Origin: Dimorphilus gyrociliatus
Taxonomy: Eukaryota; Animalia; Annelida
Direction: 5' to 3'
DNA: 64,000 nt
Assembly (NCBI GenBank): GCA_904063045.1
Contig: CAJFCJ010000020.1
Coordinates: 1,728,916 to 1,792,915 of the forward strand
Below the pieces are notes generated by a model. That model had not been told where the DNA came from, did no database searches, and was given only the letters and a program-made list of their open reading frames with translations. Below, in pieces: positions 33,471 to 45,878 of the stretch. Made by a program: the position numbers and the translations under genes. Every line of letters starts with the position of its first letter. Position 1 is the first letter of the stretch.

Positions 33471-34265
33471 AAACGCTTCATATTTGATCTCGATGTCACT
33501 AATCTTTATCTTCTGATGCTGAAATATATTGAAATTCTGCAGATATCTTGTCGTTTCATGTGGTCCATACATTTCTTGTTCAGTTTAAAAGAAATAACGC
33601 CTAACCAAGAATTTCTAGTCTTAGCCGTATGCATAGTTTGTCAATATTGTGTTAATTGATCATTTAAGAAGATTGAGTCTTCGTAATCATCATAATCATA
33701 AGAGTATTTTTGTATTGCAGTATTTAGAAGAGAAACATATTTGTAGTTCACTTGACCTTGCAAATGATGAAATGTTCCTTCTCATTTGACATTTTCTAGC
33801 AATAAACATGTTTTGAAGAGAATATTGACTATTTTCTACAGACTGATGAAGGAAAGAAAATTTCCGTTGCGTATAGAAACTATCAATACTTAATTATAAA
33901 GTATTATAGAGTATACAAACAGTATATGTATAAATCACTAATAGATTATAAATATCCCTTTTTCCCTTTTTAAAACTCGGGACGACAGCTTGTTAAACTC
34001 TAGAGAGGGTTTTATTAGAACAAATAAGCACTGTTAAACATAAAAGTCTACTATAACGACTCTTTCTCAAAAATAAAGTAGTATTCCAGCATTCACGAAA
34101 CAAATCTGTTCACAATTCTTGATGTGTGCATAGAACATATAATACTTTCTTTTCTTACCAAAAAATATCCCTAAATTACCAACAACAAGCACAATAAAGT
34201 AACGATAAATCAACTATACGATAAAAAATGAGATCTTTTTTTTTCCAGTTGACACACGCTTTAGA

Positions 34266-37008
34266 TTACCAATATTGGGAATCGTTGTAGGATTTATTGG
34301 CAGGTCGTCGGCTGTTATATCCTATAATAATAATAATAAAATGCAATAAATTGTGATATTTTAAAGGAATTAAAGAGCTTGATAAACTACCTCTACCAAA
34401 TCCTTGTTCTGGAATTGCACCGTTTGTTTCGTAAGCTCCAACAGTTGAATATCCGTAGTTTGGATTAGAATAGTTAGATATGGCAGGGTGACTGTTGTGG
34501 AAAATTAGCTAATAAACTTGATAAACTAGAAAGAAAAAGACTCGTACTTGCTTGGGTAGCTGTCTCTGCTTTGGTAAAAACCGCTGGTTGATCTTGGTTG
34601 ACCCCAATTTGAACGCTGCTTGAAACCACCAATAGATGGTGTTCTACCCCGATGATTTCTATTTCGTTTGTTAATAACATTTTTCGATTCGCTATTCGAT
34701 TTCTGCCAGGTATTGCTTTTAAGATTTTTATTAGATGTTGCTATTTTAGGTTTAGCAACTTCGGTTTTTTTTTTATTGCCCCTTTTAGTATTTGACCAAG
34801 TTCCCATATTCATCTTTAAAGCTTTATCCAATAACAGCTTTTGTTGAAGTTTACCTAATTTCTAATAAGAAAAAAATATTACGAAAAGGATTTTTAATCT
34901 ATTCCTTCACAGACTTTTTTTGTTGAGGAAATTGTTTCGTCGTTTTTTTTGCCTTGAATTTCTTTTAATTTTCCATGAAGGTTTCGTACCATTTGCTCCA
35001 TTTTAGCTCTTCTTTTTTCAGATAACAATTCTGGATGAGGAAGCATTTCTAAAAGAAAACTATTTATACTTCGTGTTTGAGAGCTTCAACAAGTTTTTAA
35101 TTAACTTTTTTCCATTTTATTTTATTATTATTTGTTTTTTTTTTTTTGTAGCAAAAACAGACCTCCTGCTGCAGAGAACGATGATGGAATATCATCTGTG
35201 TTTACATCATCACCAGAAACTTTCAATTCAAATGTTTGATCATCTAATATAATAACGCCATCTATTAAAGTTGCCTAATAAAAGAGAAAATTAAATAGCC
35301 TTTATTTGCTTGTACAATATTCAATATCACCTTAAGTTGAACATCATCCAACAAAATATCATTTTTACTTATGGTTTCATATAAGGCACTCGCTGCTTTA
35401 GAGGAATCAAATGATACATATAAATAGCTGAAAAGAAAGACAAGCTTAGTTAAATACATCTCTGTAGATTAAATATATATATATATATATACTGTATATA
35501 CACTTCTATAACGATTTAGTAATGTATATAATATTTATAGCTAACTATATCTATAACAATGAAATTAACTAGAGAGTTAAATGGCAGCTTTATTTATATC
35601 AATAAAATTTAACTGTCATCTATGTATAAAAGACCTTTTAACAATTATAAATAATTAATAAAAAAATAGAATCATCTATTTTAGCTGTTAAATTGGTTTT
35701 TAATGAAAAAAAAAACAAAAATTAAGGTCACTTGAATATTGAACAATGCGATAGATAGGTATAAACATACATACACTATATGTAGTATATACTTGGCTAT
35801 ATATATATATGTATGTGTGTAATAGCCTATTTTAAAGGCTTTTAAAAGTAAAACAAAGGATCGCTAATTTACCCTTTTGGTCGCCTGTCGGCGTTTCTAG
35901 GCAAATATATTGAAAACGGTGTTTGAAGATTAAGCGCTTTCGCGATTGTTTCTTCGCTAATATTCTCAATATTTTGGTTGCAATAGAGAACAACCGTTCT
36001 GATAGCAGCATCCTCTGTAAATAGTTTTTCAAAAAGTTATGACTTCAATTGTATAAAGAACCGCCTTATTTAAGAAACTATTAAAAGTTTCTAAAGAACG
36101 GACTTAAGTCATAATGATAATAGCAATCATTATAATATTATTAAAAAATATGAAAAATATTCTTTCAAAATTATAAAATACAAAAGAAAATCCTACCAGA
36201 CTGTTTAATTCTTTTTGCATAACTTTCTGGGTGAACGCTTTTTTCAGTTTCGTCTGTCAAATATTACTCTAATAGTTACTTAAGCCTTTCTCACCAATAA
36301 ATATTTAAACTTACACTGATTATCCCAATAACGCATTACTCCTTTTGTTGACGATTTTAAATGTTTAACTGTAACACCAAAGAGGCTCTTTGTCAAACCT
36401 TTCGAAGTTGTTTCTGCTTCGAGAAACGTTCTAAATCTTAGCTCAGCAATCCTGTTTTGTTAAATAATTGAATTGATACAAGTTAATTGATCAATAGATG
36501 GAATTAGTAGTCTATTTGTTTACCCTTTTTTGTCGGCTGACTGCTCGTATTCTGACGTTCCTGGTTCGGCTGGACAAAATCGTAATATAAAACTTTCTGA
36601 GAGAGAAAATACTTCTTGTAAAGCTGGATCTTTTAGCATAGAGCTAGTTATGGGGAAGAGTCTCACAGTTCGAGATTTCTCTGAAGATATTAAATCAGTT
36701 GCAAATTGCAATCGAGTTGGACGCTTTATTTCTTCACCATCTTCTTTCGTCTCAATAACAAAGTCTCCTTCGTGCTCTTCCTCGTCTGATTCTTCATCGC
36801 TTACTATTTCCATGCGCTGAAAATTCTCGTCTAAGCATTCAGGACCATGTTTATTAACGTAGTCTAGTAGCCGTAATATTAAGGTAAGTTTGTTCCCCTC
36901 AGGGGATAATCCAAGGGTAGTTAGTCGGCTCTGAAGCTTTTCAATAGTCCACGCGTCCCAATCAATTTCTGTTCCATTGTCCACACAAGCCTTGATCTGT
37001 TGCTCCAT
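34266..37008 (-). CDS. Uncharacterised SAP-domain protein with two degenerate RRM-like domains and a low-complexity tail
   Basis: SAP pattern WTIEKLQSRLTTLGLSPEGNKLTLILRL, acidic stretch, RNP1-like KKGIAELRF and KGYLYVSF, coiled segment, and an N/S/G/Y/R-rich tail. Ten exons chain in frame to TAA 34266; the 3' splices are less certain. Confidence 0.7.
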
Positions 37009-37052
37009 TTCAGAATTTACTTTATATTTATTGCACTAGTATCACGGATACA

Positions 37053-37061
37053 ACCGGAAGT
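37053..37061. promoter_or_regulatory. ETS consensus ACCGGAAGT in the 136-bp bidirectional spacer between the SAP-RRM gene and ZCCHC8
   Basis: Perfect motif seen between ATGs 37008 (-) and 37145 (+). Confidence 0.5.
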
Positions 37062-37144
37062 TTCGGCTCGATAATAACGGGTAGAGCAGGTCCGCGGAAA
37101 ACTGTTCTGTTGTGCCTATGTGATGGAATAATACCTTATTATCG

Positions 37145-38530
37145 ATGGATGAACAAATTGATAATTCATTGAAAGAAGCTGCGAGAGAACAGTATGTATA
37201 TATTGCTTACATATCTTAGAAAAAATTCTTTCAGATCTATAATTTCAGCGAAAATAAAAGTTCAGAAAACCCTATTTTAGAAGCAAAAAAATTATTGTGA
37301 GTATTTGAATTTCGTTGTTCACGCGATTTTTAGGATTTCATGACATAAAAAATGATTCTGTAGACACAAAAACTTAAAAAGTTCCCCACTTTGTTCTATT
37401 CTGTTTGGAGCTTCTATACCAAGGTAAAATGCTAAATTTTTAGTCATATATCTTTAAGTTAATAACTAGTACTTTTATAACGAAATAGTTCACTACGAGA
37501 AGAAATTGATTCGGCAATATCTACGATTCTAGCGAGGGAAACAATAAATATATCTGGAAACGAATCTCAAAAAGTTTATGTCACTAATCATTATGGCTTT
37601 TATAATACGCAATCTTCGGCTGGAAAGGATGATATAGAAGAACTTAATGATTCATTGAACTGTGTGGAAGATGGGCGTTCTAATGGTAATTTTCTATCAC
37701 CTCTCGGAGATGGAAGAGTCGCAGAGGAGACTACAAGAAGAAGAAAAAGTTTGCAATTACGTCAAAGGAGTTCGTCCTCTAAGACTCGCTTCTACGAATC
37801 AGGAGAAAAACATAGACCAAAGCCTGGAGTGGTAAGCGAAGAGTTACGATGTGCATTAGGGCTTCGATCTGATGAGCTACCTATGTGGATTTATCGCATG
37901 CGTATATTTGGTTATCCCCCAGGTTATGTGGAGGAAGCAAAGCATATTTCTAACGAATTAATTATGCATAATGAACCTGATACACCCACAATTCGACCAA
38001 CAATTTCATACGATCATGACGAATTTATTAATTACCCTGGTTTTAATACGCCGCCGCCAAGCAGAACAAGAGATGAGTTCAGACGCTATGACTCTCCCCA
38101 ATACAATAATAGGTTTTCATTAAAGAATACATTCCCTCAGGAATTATTTCCTCAAGCCAAGAAGCAAGTTAAACCGAAAAGAGCTCGAAAAACATCTTTA
38201 GAAGACTTAGAAGCAAGGAGAGAGGAGTTGGAAAGGGAATTAAATGAATATAAATCTGACGAAGATATTGAAGCTGGCCAAGCTGTTGAAGAAATGGAAA
38301 CTATTGAACCTCAAAAGGCATTAAATGTAGAGTCGAAGACATACTATATTCCAGCTCTCAATGAAAATAAGCCTAGTGTCTCATCATTCGCAAAAAATAT
38401 TACTCCATACGAGCATACTTTAGAATTGGAAGAACCTCCCAAAGAAAGAAATATAATGAGCGTGATCTCAGAGATCAATAAAAACTATCAGGAAAGGTAT
38501 TTTAATGAAGTGGATAATGATTCAAGTTGA
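37145..38530 (+). CDS. ZCCHC8: ZCCHC8-like NEXT-complex scaffold (PSP domain), lacking the zinc knuckle
   Basis: Four exons (last 37489-38530). PSP motif KPGVVSEELRCALG...LPMWIYRMRIFGYPPGY, INYPGFN, and C-terminal SSFAKNITPYE resembling the MTR4-binding tail. Confidence 0.85.
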
Positions 38531-38620
38531 TTATAATTTTTAGCATGTTTTATGTATCTTGTTAATAATGATAACCAAAATTATGTTTACCTTAATAAAT
38601 GAGAATTCTTGTTTTCAAAT

Positions 38621-41423
38621 TTACAAATAAAACAAAGTATGACTCATACATTCCTTAGGAAGAGCACGTAGATTCTGTCCTACCATAGCTGCCAGCTTAT
38701 GAGCATTTTGACAAGGAGCAGGTACTCTAACTGTTCCTGGCCAATTGTAATAGCAGTGAGTCATTTTGTACGCTAATTGCTGTTGTTGATCAGGACTTAA
38801 ATTTGTAGTGTCCTCTAGCACTATGTAATGTGTTGGACTGACGGTTCCTTGGCGAACGTTTTGGCTTACCAAGAAGAAATCATAATAATCCTTTCTTGTG
38901 ACGGTATGATCGATTACTGTACCAGGAACAGGATTTTCAAATTTACTTCTAGATTCGTATAAAAGAAATCTCTGATTTATTCGCTTCTGAACAACAATAA
39001 ATGCAAACTGGGGATCATAACCAGGGAATGATTTGAATGCACGTCGTAATTGAGATATTTCGTGTTCAGCAACGGTTCTGAGGGCTCCATCTCCAACCCC
39101 ATCTCTATAAATGATAATTCTTGTAGGTAAAGAGTTAGTCTTGTTATGAAAGTTCTTAATAGCATCCTCTAGACAATTTCGAAGTTGATCCATAATTTCT
39201 TGACCATGAGCTTGCATGCAAGCCTTGCTCCACCAGCTGGTTGCGTCAAGGCTACTTGAAGCGACAAAACCAGCAACAGATCGTTTTTGAGCATCGTGAA
39301 AGACGTCAATACCGCAATACATACTTCCTTTCATTTTTCTCAAGTTTACCGCCCATAATTCTCCATTTAACTTGACATTCATTTGCATAAGGATTTTTTG
39401 AGTTACGGATCTTACTTTTCTTTGATCACTGACCGTTCTGGCATTTAAACATTGTGAAGGAATGCCTCTTTCACAATAGCAAATTTTTTTGATAGCATTA
39501 TAGCGATCGTCTCTTGAATTCGGAAATATGGTCATAATCATTTGAGTATCTTTATAATCTTCTAAGCATTGACGTATGTTCTCTACGTATTCCGACGTAC
39601 GATCAGACTTTAGTTTCATAAGTTTTGGCTGGGCAATACTCATAGCTAAGTTTTTACATTCGGATTTTATCGTGCTCAAAAACTGCATTGCAGCACCCTC
39701 ATCTCTCTGCGTAACTAATAATACCCAAACATTTAATGCCACCGGTTTAAGCATAGGCAATCGAGTGATTTCTCTGCTCCAATCTGCTACAGGTCCTGCT
39801 GTAATAACTTTGCGGTCACCAACCATAAGTTTCTCCTCCGGCAATCTTCTTCCTTCCAACTCCAAAGGTTTATGGTCGAAATGCATATGCCAGTCCCGTA
39901 GTTCTTGCATAGCTTTTTCGTTTTTGTAAACATTCGAAATAAATACTTGCATTGTTTCATAGCGACGAGTTGGTGATAAACGTGTATGCTCGGCCAGACG
40001 TTTCATTAGCTTGAAGTCAGTTCTCTGTCTGTCGGTAAGGCCTGTAATATGGCAGAGTTCTGGTACAAGCAAAATTGTTTCTGGAGGATTTGGGTCATTT
40101 TTACTCTTCTTAGGTATATGTGTTAGTAAAGGTTGACCAAGATCTTTGATTTTAATATCATAATGCTCGTCATAGTACTGCACAAACGAAATTGGCTTGC
40201 CATGCGACTCAAAAGTACTCTCTGGCGTCATATCAAAATTAATATCATCTATTCTATACGTTTTGTAATTGTATCTTGTCATAACTACTTGGCCCAATAG
40301 AGCTCTAGTAATTTCCTCACGAGCGTTTTTACTTCTCTCTCCCGTGACTGACTTTAATAGGTCTTGAATGACGTTGTATACTGTGTCAATCCTTAGTACT
40401 TTATGCGATACGTCCAAGATTAGAAAGACACCGTCCTCTTCTTCATGAACAGCAGCAACCAACCCAGGCCATATCTCTAATTTTTCTTCTTTTAAGTATG
40501 CAGCCTTGTCAACGCTGAAGTAACGCCTATTGATGTTAGTGTACTGCAAATGATTCGTAACTCTTTGCATAACCAGCCTATATACCTGAATGCATTCATG
40601 CGCTCTTAAACATTTAGTTTTTCGTATGCGCACGTCACATTTGGAGCCATCTTTAAAGTTGGATACAAGATTTATTTCCTGCAAAATTATTAATAATAAA
40701 AAACCAGTTAACAAAGAGAAAAATTTGAGATTGTTATACTTTATCAAGTTCATGAGGTAAGAATAAAATGGTGCCGTCAAATATCATACACTGTCCAAGT
40801 TGCTGTTGGTGTTGAGATATTCCATAGTATCTCTTTCGTTTTGATGGAATATCAACAGAGAATGACACGTGATATTGATAGATACTATAATCCTGAACTT
40901 TTATACGCACATGATTACTGATAATCTTGGCACTATAAATAATGAAAGCAATTATTCAGTTTTTAAATTATGCAATTGTCATTTAAACTTACCTCGTTCC
41001 AATTGAACCATGGTGTTTTGTTGACCCTCCTTCGATCTTCGGTTCATATCGACGATTTATCTCTTTGTCATCCTTATCCTTTATATCTTCCCTGTTTTTG
41101 CTATCCCCTTTGTCATCTCTCTCTATTTTTTTCTCAAATTTTTCGTCGCTTCTTTCTATGTTTTGTTTTTCTTTGAAAACTTTTCCTACTGCCGATTCCT
41201 CTTTTAATTCGGTTAGTCTAATTCTTCCATCAGAGTCTAATAACGTAATTAATATAGCAATATTTAGTTCTATAAAAGAAATAAACTTACGTTCCGAACT
41301 TCTATCTAGCTTCAGATTTGCAATGCCCCGTATAAGTCCTCTGCCTCCAATTGGAGGTTGGCATTTTGCGGCAGCTTCTAAGAGAGCTCCCCTACCGCCT
41401 CTGCCTATTCCACGACTAGCCAT
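38621..41423 (-). CDS. Piwi: PIWI-clade Argonaute
   Basis: Exons 41423-41291, 41236-40993, 40932-40740, 40678-38621. N-terminal RG motifs, PAZ (TRYNYKTYRIDDI, LVPELC), MID and PIWI domains with the D-E-D-H tetrad (GIDVFH, QEIMD, YRDGVGDG, AHKL); ends LFYL. Confidence 0.97.
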
Positions 41424-41850
41424 TTTGTCAACCACTGAAAAAAATGGCGGATTAACTTAAATTGTCATTACGTAAGGCGTGCTAATTTCACATAAAAACA
41501 ACTTTGGTTTACAAACAGTTTCTTTTTTGGGAAACTAAAAAGTTTTTAACAAAACAATGAAAAGCAAAGAAATGTTTGCAATAGCAATGTTGTTAAAGCT
41601 TGAGTTTTTCATAAAAATATACGCCACGAGGTTTCTGGTAGTTTTTGTAGTTTGAACTTCCGAAATACCTTAGCTTTCTTAATAACTTAAGCTTTTTCTA
41701 CCTAAAACTTTATAACTCGGCTTATCTTGGAAGCTTATTTATTTAAATGAGCAATGAATATTTTATTACAAAAAAGTTCTTGAGTAAAGTCTATTACAGA
41801 CTGAGCAATACAATTAAAGAAAAATTGGTTTAACGGAACTGACGAAATAT

Positions 41851-41860
41851 TGCGCATGCG
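41851..41860. promoter_or_regulatory. NRF1-like TGCGCATGCG motif in the Piwi/small-ORF divergent spacer
   Basis: Same 10-mer as at 1941, at a similar distance (about 110 nt) from a downstream ATG. Confidence 0.45.
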
Positions 41861-41961
41861 TAAATTGTATTTTCCAAGTTGGACTCTTATTTCTTTTGTG
41901 TTTTTTTAATATATTTAATGTATGATTTTTTATCATATAGAAAAAATAAAGATACATTTTA

Positions 41962-42155
41962 ATGGCGTCGAAGGATTTCAATGAATGGTTTAATAGAACA
42001 AAGATGAAAGAAGAAATTTTTTTAGCAGAGTCGTTTCGAAGTTTAGAAGTTGGTTATTGGACTGAAACTGAAACTATGTAAAAAAAAACAGTCATTTTCT
42101 ATTCTCGTAGGAGGAGTGGAGACGGTTTACTTGCTGTACCAAAGATATTTTCTAA
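41962..42155 (+). CDS. Candidate two-exon 43-aa micropeptide (MASKDFNEWFNRTKMKEEIFLAESFRSLE/EEWRRFTCCTKDIF)
   Basis: Exon 41962-42048, a 62-nt phase-0 GT-AG intron with pyrimidine tract (42049-42110), exon 42111-42155. Missed by the ORF track; no homolog recognised. Confidence 0.45.
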
Positions 42156-42664
42156 TCTAATTTGTATATATTTTATGTTTAATGGTTTTTGAAATTCTCA
42201 TTGCCCTTAATTCACAAAAGTCAAAATATTATACTTTTTTATTCTTTAGTATATAGTTATAGTAAAAACTAAATAACTAAATCATCATAGAGCACACATT
42301 TATAGAATAACTAAGCAAAAGTTAAGCATGGATTAATAAAATAATGAGGAAATAGAGAAAAGAAAATTACTCTTTATCTCCTCATCTTTCTTTTTTAAAT
42401 CTCAAGAGATGAAAGGATATTTGGATGGAATTAATGGATTGAGTAAAATAAATCGTGATATTTTAACCAAATTATTGCCTTTAAGTTATAAGGGAATCTA
42501 CAATGTCCCAAATGGTTCCATCCACTAAGTAGTCTGAAATTCTATTACGGAGAGATAGCTATGTGAAATACATTAAAAATTTACTTGATGGTTAGGTAAT
42601 TCCATAAATAAAATTTGCTTAATTGATTCTATTAACACAATATAATTAGTGATTGATAAATGCT

Positions 42665-45413
42665 TTAATTCTTTAAACTAATTGCTTTTCCCCTTAAATC
42701 TTCTAGCTCTTGTCCCATATTATTTACCTTTTCATCTTCTCCTTTGTCGTGGTTCTTTAACTTTCTACTTTGAAAGAAGTAGACGAGGAAAACGAATATT
42801 ACTCCAAGCGAAATGAAACCTATTGTTACACTATGGAGCAGATATCGGAATTTCTTGGAATCATATTTTAAGCAGAAACCTCCCGATTCATTACAGTCTG
42901 ACGACAAAAGCTTGCAAGTAGAATCTATAATACGACCATAAATTATTGGAGCCGGCATTGTCGCCCCTAAAGTCGTAGCTATATTGTTTAAACCTAGAGC
43001 CAACGATTTTTGATTTTCGCCCACGGATCTGTTAAGAGTGATAACAATGACATTTATCATAGAAGATATATCTATTTACCTTATTATCATAGAGGTTATC
43101 GGTGAACCTGCTAAGTTTACAGAAAATGTTGAAATAAAGATAACAATTGCATACGGTATTAACATTGGACACTTTCTTTTACATAAGCCGCTCTTCAATT
43201 CTTTTACAGTGTCACCAACACACGAGCAGTTGCTATAGACCTATGAGGGGTAACTTTTTATATGTAAAGAGAATATAATTAATTATACGTTGCACTAACA
43301 ACATTCACTTTGTCATCTGCTTCAATATAACTGCTAATATTCGTACAGCCTGCGTAGCATGGAGAATAATACATCGTTGAATCATCTTGTGTGCAAACCG
43401 GTTGAAAGTCTTGACTGCAGGAACAGTTAGCGTGACAAATGTCATACGGTTTCATCGTTCTGAAGGCAATAAAAACCTTGTTTAAAAAATCTTTAATAAA
43501 AAATATGCTATTAGAATTACGTACAAATCTTTTCTCGGTGTGTTACCCAATTCTGAAGGAGTACAGCCCATAAACATTGATATGAACAAGCATACAACTC
43601 CAATAATGCAACCGGTAATAATAAGCTTCGAAGAGCCTAAAGTATCCAATTGTTTAGCTGCTGCAATCCAGCCTCCAACAAATGTTCCCGCCGCTACTGA
43701 ACTAGCCATAGCAATTGCTGGATGACGAACACATTTTAGATAGATAATATGAAAGATGACAGGAAATTTATTTAAATTTTTTTACAAGTTATGATGTTAG
43801 CCATATTGGGTCCAAGACCAAATTGATCCTCTATATAGGCTGGCAGAAAAGTCATTACTCCAGCGGCTAGGTAAGACACACATACCATACCCATCGTTGC
43901 ACAAAAATAAGTACCTATGTAATATAAAATGTAATAAATTGTGTCTAGTTCTTTTAATGAGTAATTATTTTACCATTTTTATATAATGGAATAGTCACTT
44001 TTCTATTTAATTCTTTTATGAAAAGGGAAAATTTTTAATCTTATTAGTTGAATTGATTATTTAAGAAAGGGAAAATAGCTAAAACCTTTGTCTGTCATCA
44101 GACTAAATTGCCTTTGAAGTGATTTACGCATTCTTCTCATTACACTATTGCTTCTTTGAAATTTCTTTTCTTTTTTAGAGTGGTGGCTAGTTTTTCTCTT
44201 AAGATGCCTGGGAAAGAAGAGGAGCGGAAGTGAAAAGATTATCATAAACCCTTGTAGAACTAGTGAGCCCAGCCAATAGGCACCTATCCATTCTGGATCG
44301 CTTGGCTTTAAATGAGTAGCTGTTGTAAATATGTTTATCGGCATTATTGTTTGATAATTAAGAGATCAACTTACGGCCCAGATCAACGTATAAGCTGGTG
44401 AATAAGGAACCTATAAGGAAACCGGCTATGCCTCCAAGAGACGATACACTCATAACCAGTCCAATTAGAATACAAGAAATTTGTGGTTCTGTGTTATCGT
44501 CGATGTAGGTGAAAGCAATTGTAACAAACGGTGCCAAGCCGGCACCAATCATACACTGGGAAAGCACAAAAAATATAAATGGTCCCATTGATTCAACAGC
44601 TGATTCATTAGTTATTCCTGTTTCATTTCCTCCCATGCAGGTAGATGAATTAAAATTTAGTTCCCTATTGCAAACGCCTAAATGTTGCAAACTTGGTATC
44701 GTTGCGGATATATTTAATGATTCTGGTTGATGCGGTTTTGGTCCCGGTCCGTAAATAAAATGGGGCAAAGCCCAAAGTACTGCTGATGCTGCCGAAGCAA
44801 GGCAACCAAGAAATAGAGCTCGGGGAATATGAATCTTTCCTCCGAGAATGGAGATGACAATTAATAAAATACAGTGGCCTACTTCGCAACTGGATATAAT
44901 TAAACCATTATAAACCGTTTTGAAAGCGAACCTCTTTTGTAAAGTCGTTAAGAGTGAGAAACGAATAGTGAAATCCGTTATTATAATGAATCCAAGTATT
45001 ATAGTTATTATGACATAATGCTTAATCGTAATATATTTACGAATACCAGTTGGTTCTTTATCGTAATCAGTTTCGTGTTCAGTGTCCTCTAATGGAAGAT
45101 TAGGGGTCTCAACTTCATTATTATCATTTAAACTGGTTGTACGATGTCTCCTAAAAAATTTCACAAGTGAAAAAACGTTATAATATGAAAGAAACTAGTA
45201 TTTTTTTAAAAGTATTGATCAAGAATTTTGACCGGTAAGATATGCAGCATGCGCAAATCTTATCGCCTTAAAAACAAGTAAAAACAATAGCGCTGAAGGC
45301 TTTTTTTCTTAAATAAGCGCTTTAATTTGTTAAAACGGTTATCCATAATTAGTATTATCTTACTGATTTTCCCGGAATAAGGCGAGACGTTCCTTAACTG
45401 AGGGAGAATGCAT
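42665..45413 (-). CDS. SLCO: Solute carrier organic anion transporter (OATP/SLCO)
   Basis: First exon 45413-45364 (MHSPSVKE...) splices in phase 2 to RHRTTS. LTTLQKRF, SSCEVG, YIDDN, DPEWIGAYWLG, Kazal-like CSCSQDFQPVC...YYSPCYAGC, RSVGENQKSLALG, PAPIIYGRIIDSTC. Confidence 0.92.
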
Positions 45414-45878
45414 TGTTTTTTCTTTTTTATCGATCTACCAACAGGTTAATAGTAAAGAATAAGATGTCAAATTCATTATCAAAAACTAAAATACAAAGAT
45501 AAGAATTGTTTAGTAGACCTATAAAGTATAATAATCAGTCTGAACATATATTTTCGGTATTGACATTATTGAACTAAGCCAAGTTTATTCAAAACTTTCG
45601 ATACTATAAATATAGTTATTAATTATGGAAGAAGTCATAGTATATTAAGTTTACCTGATAAACATTCACGCCACCTACCGAATAATTATAAACTAATAAT
45701 TTAACTTTATGAACTTGTGAATTAAACTTAAAGGATAGGGAAAAATCAATCAAAAGATTATAAACATTCAAATTTTTATTCATAAAAAAAATGATATTTA
45801 GTGAATAGCAAAACATTATAAATAATTAATAAGTATTAAAAAAGTTTTATGAACGAAAAGTTTAGGAAAATACTCGTT

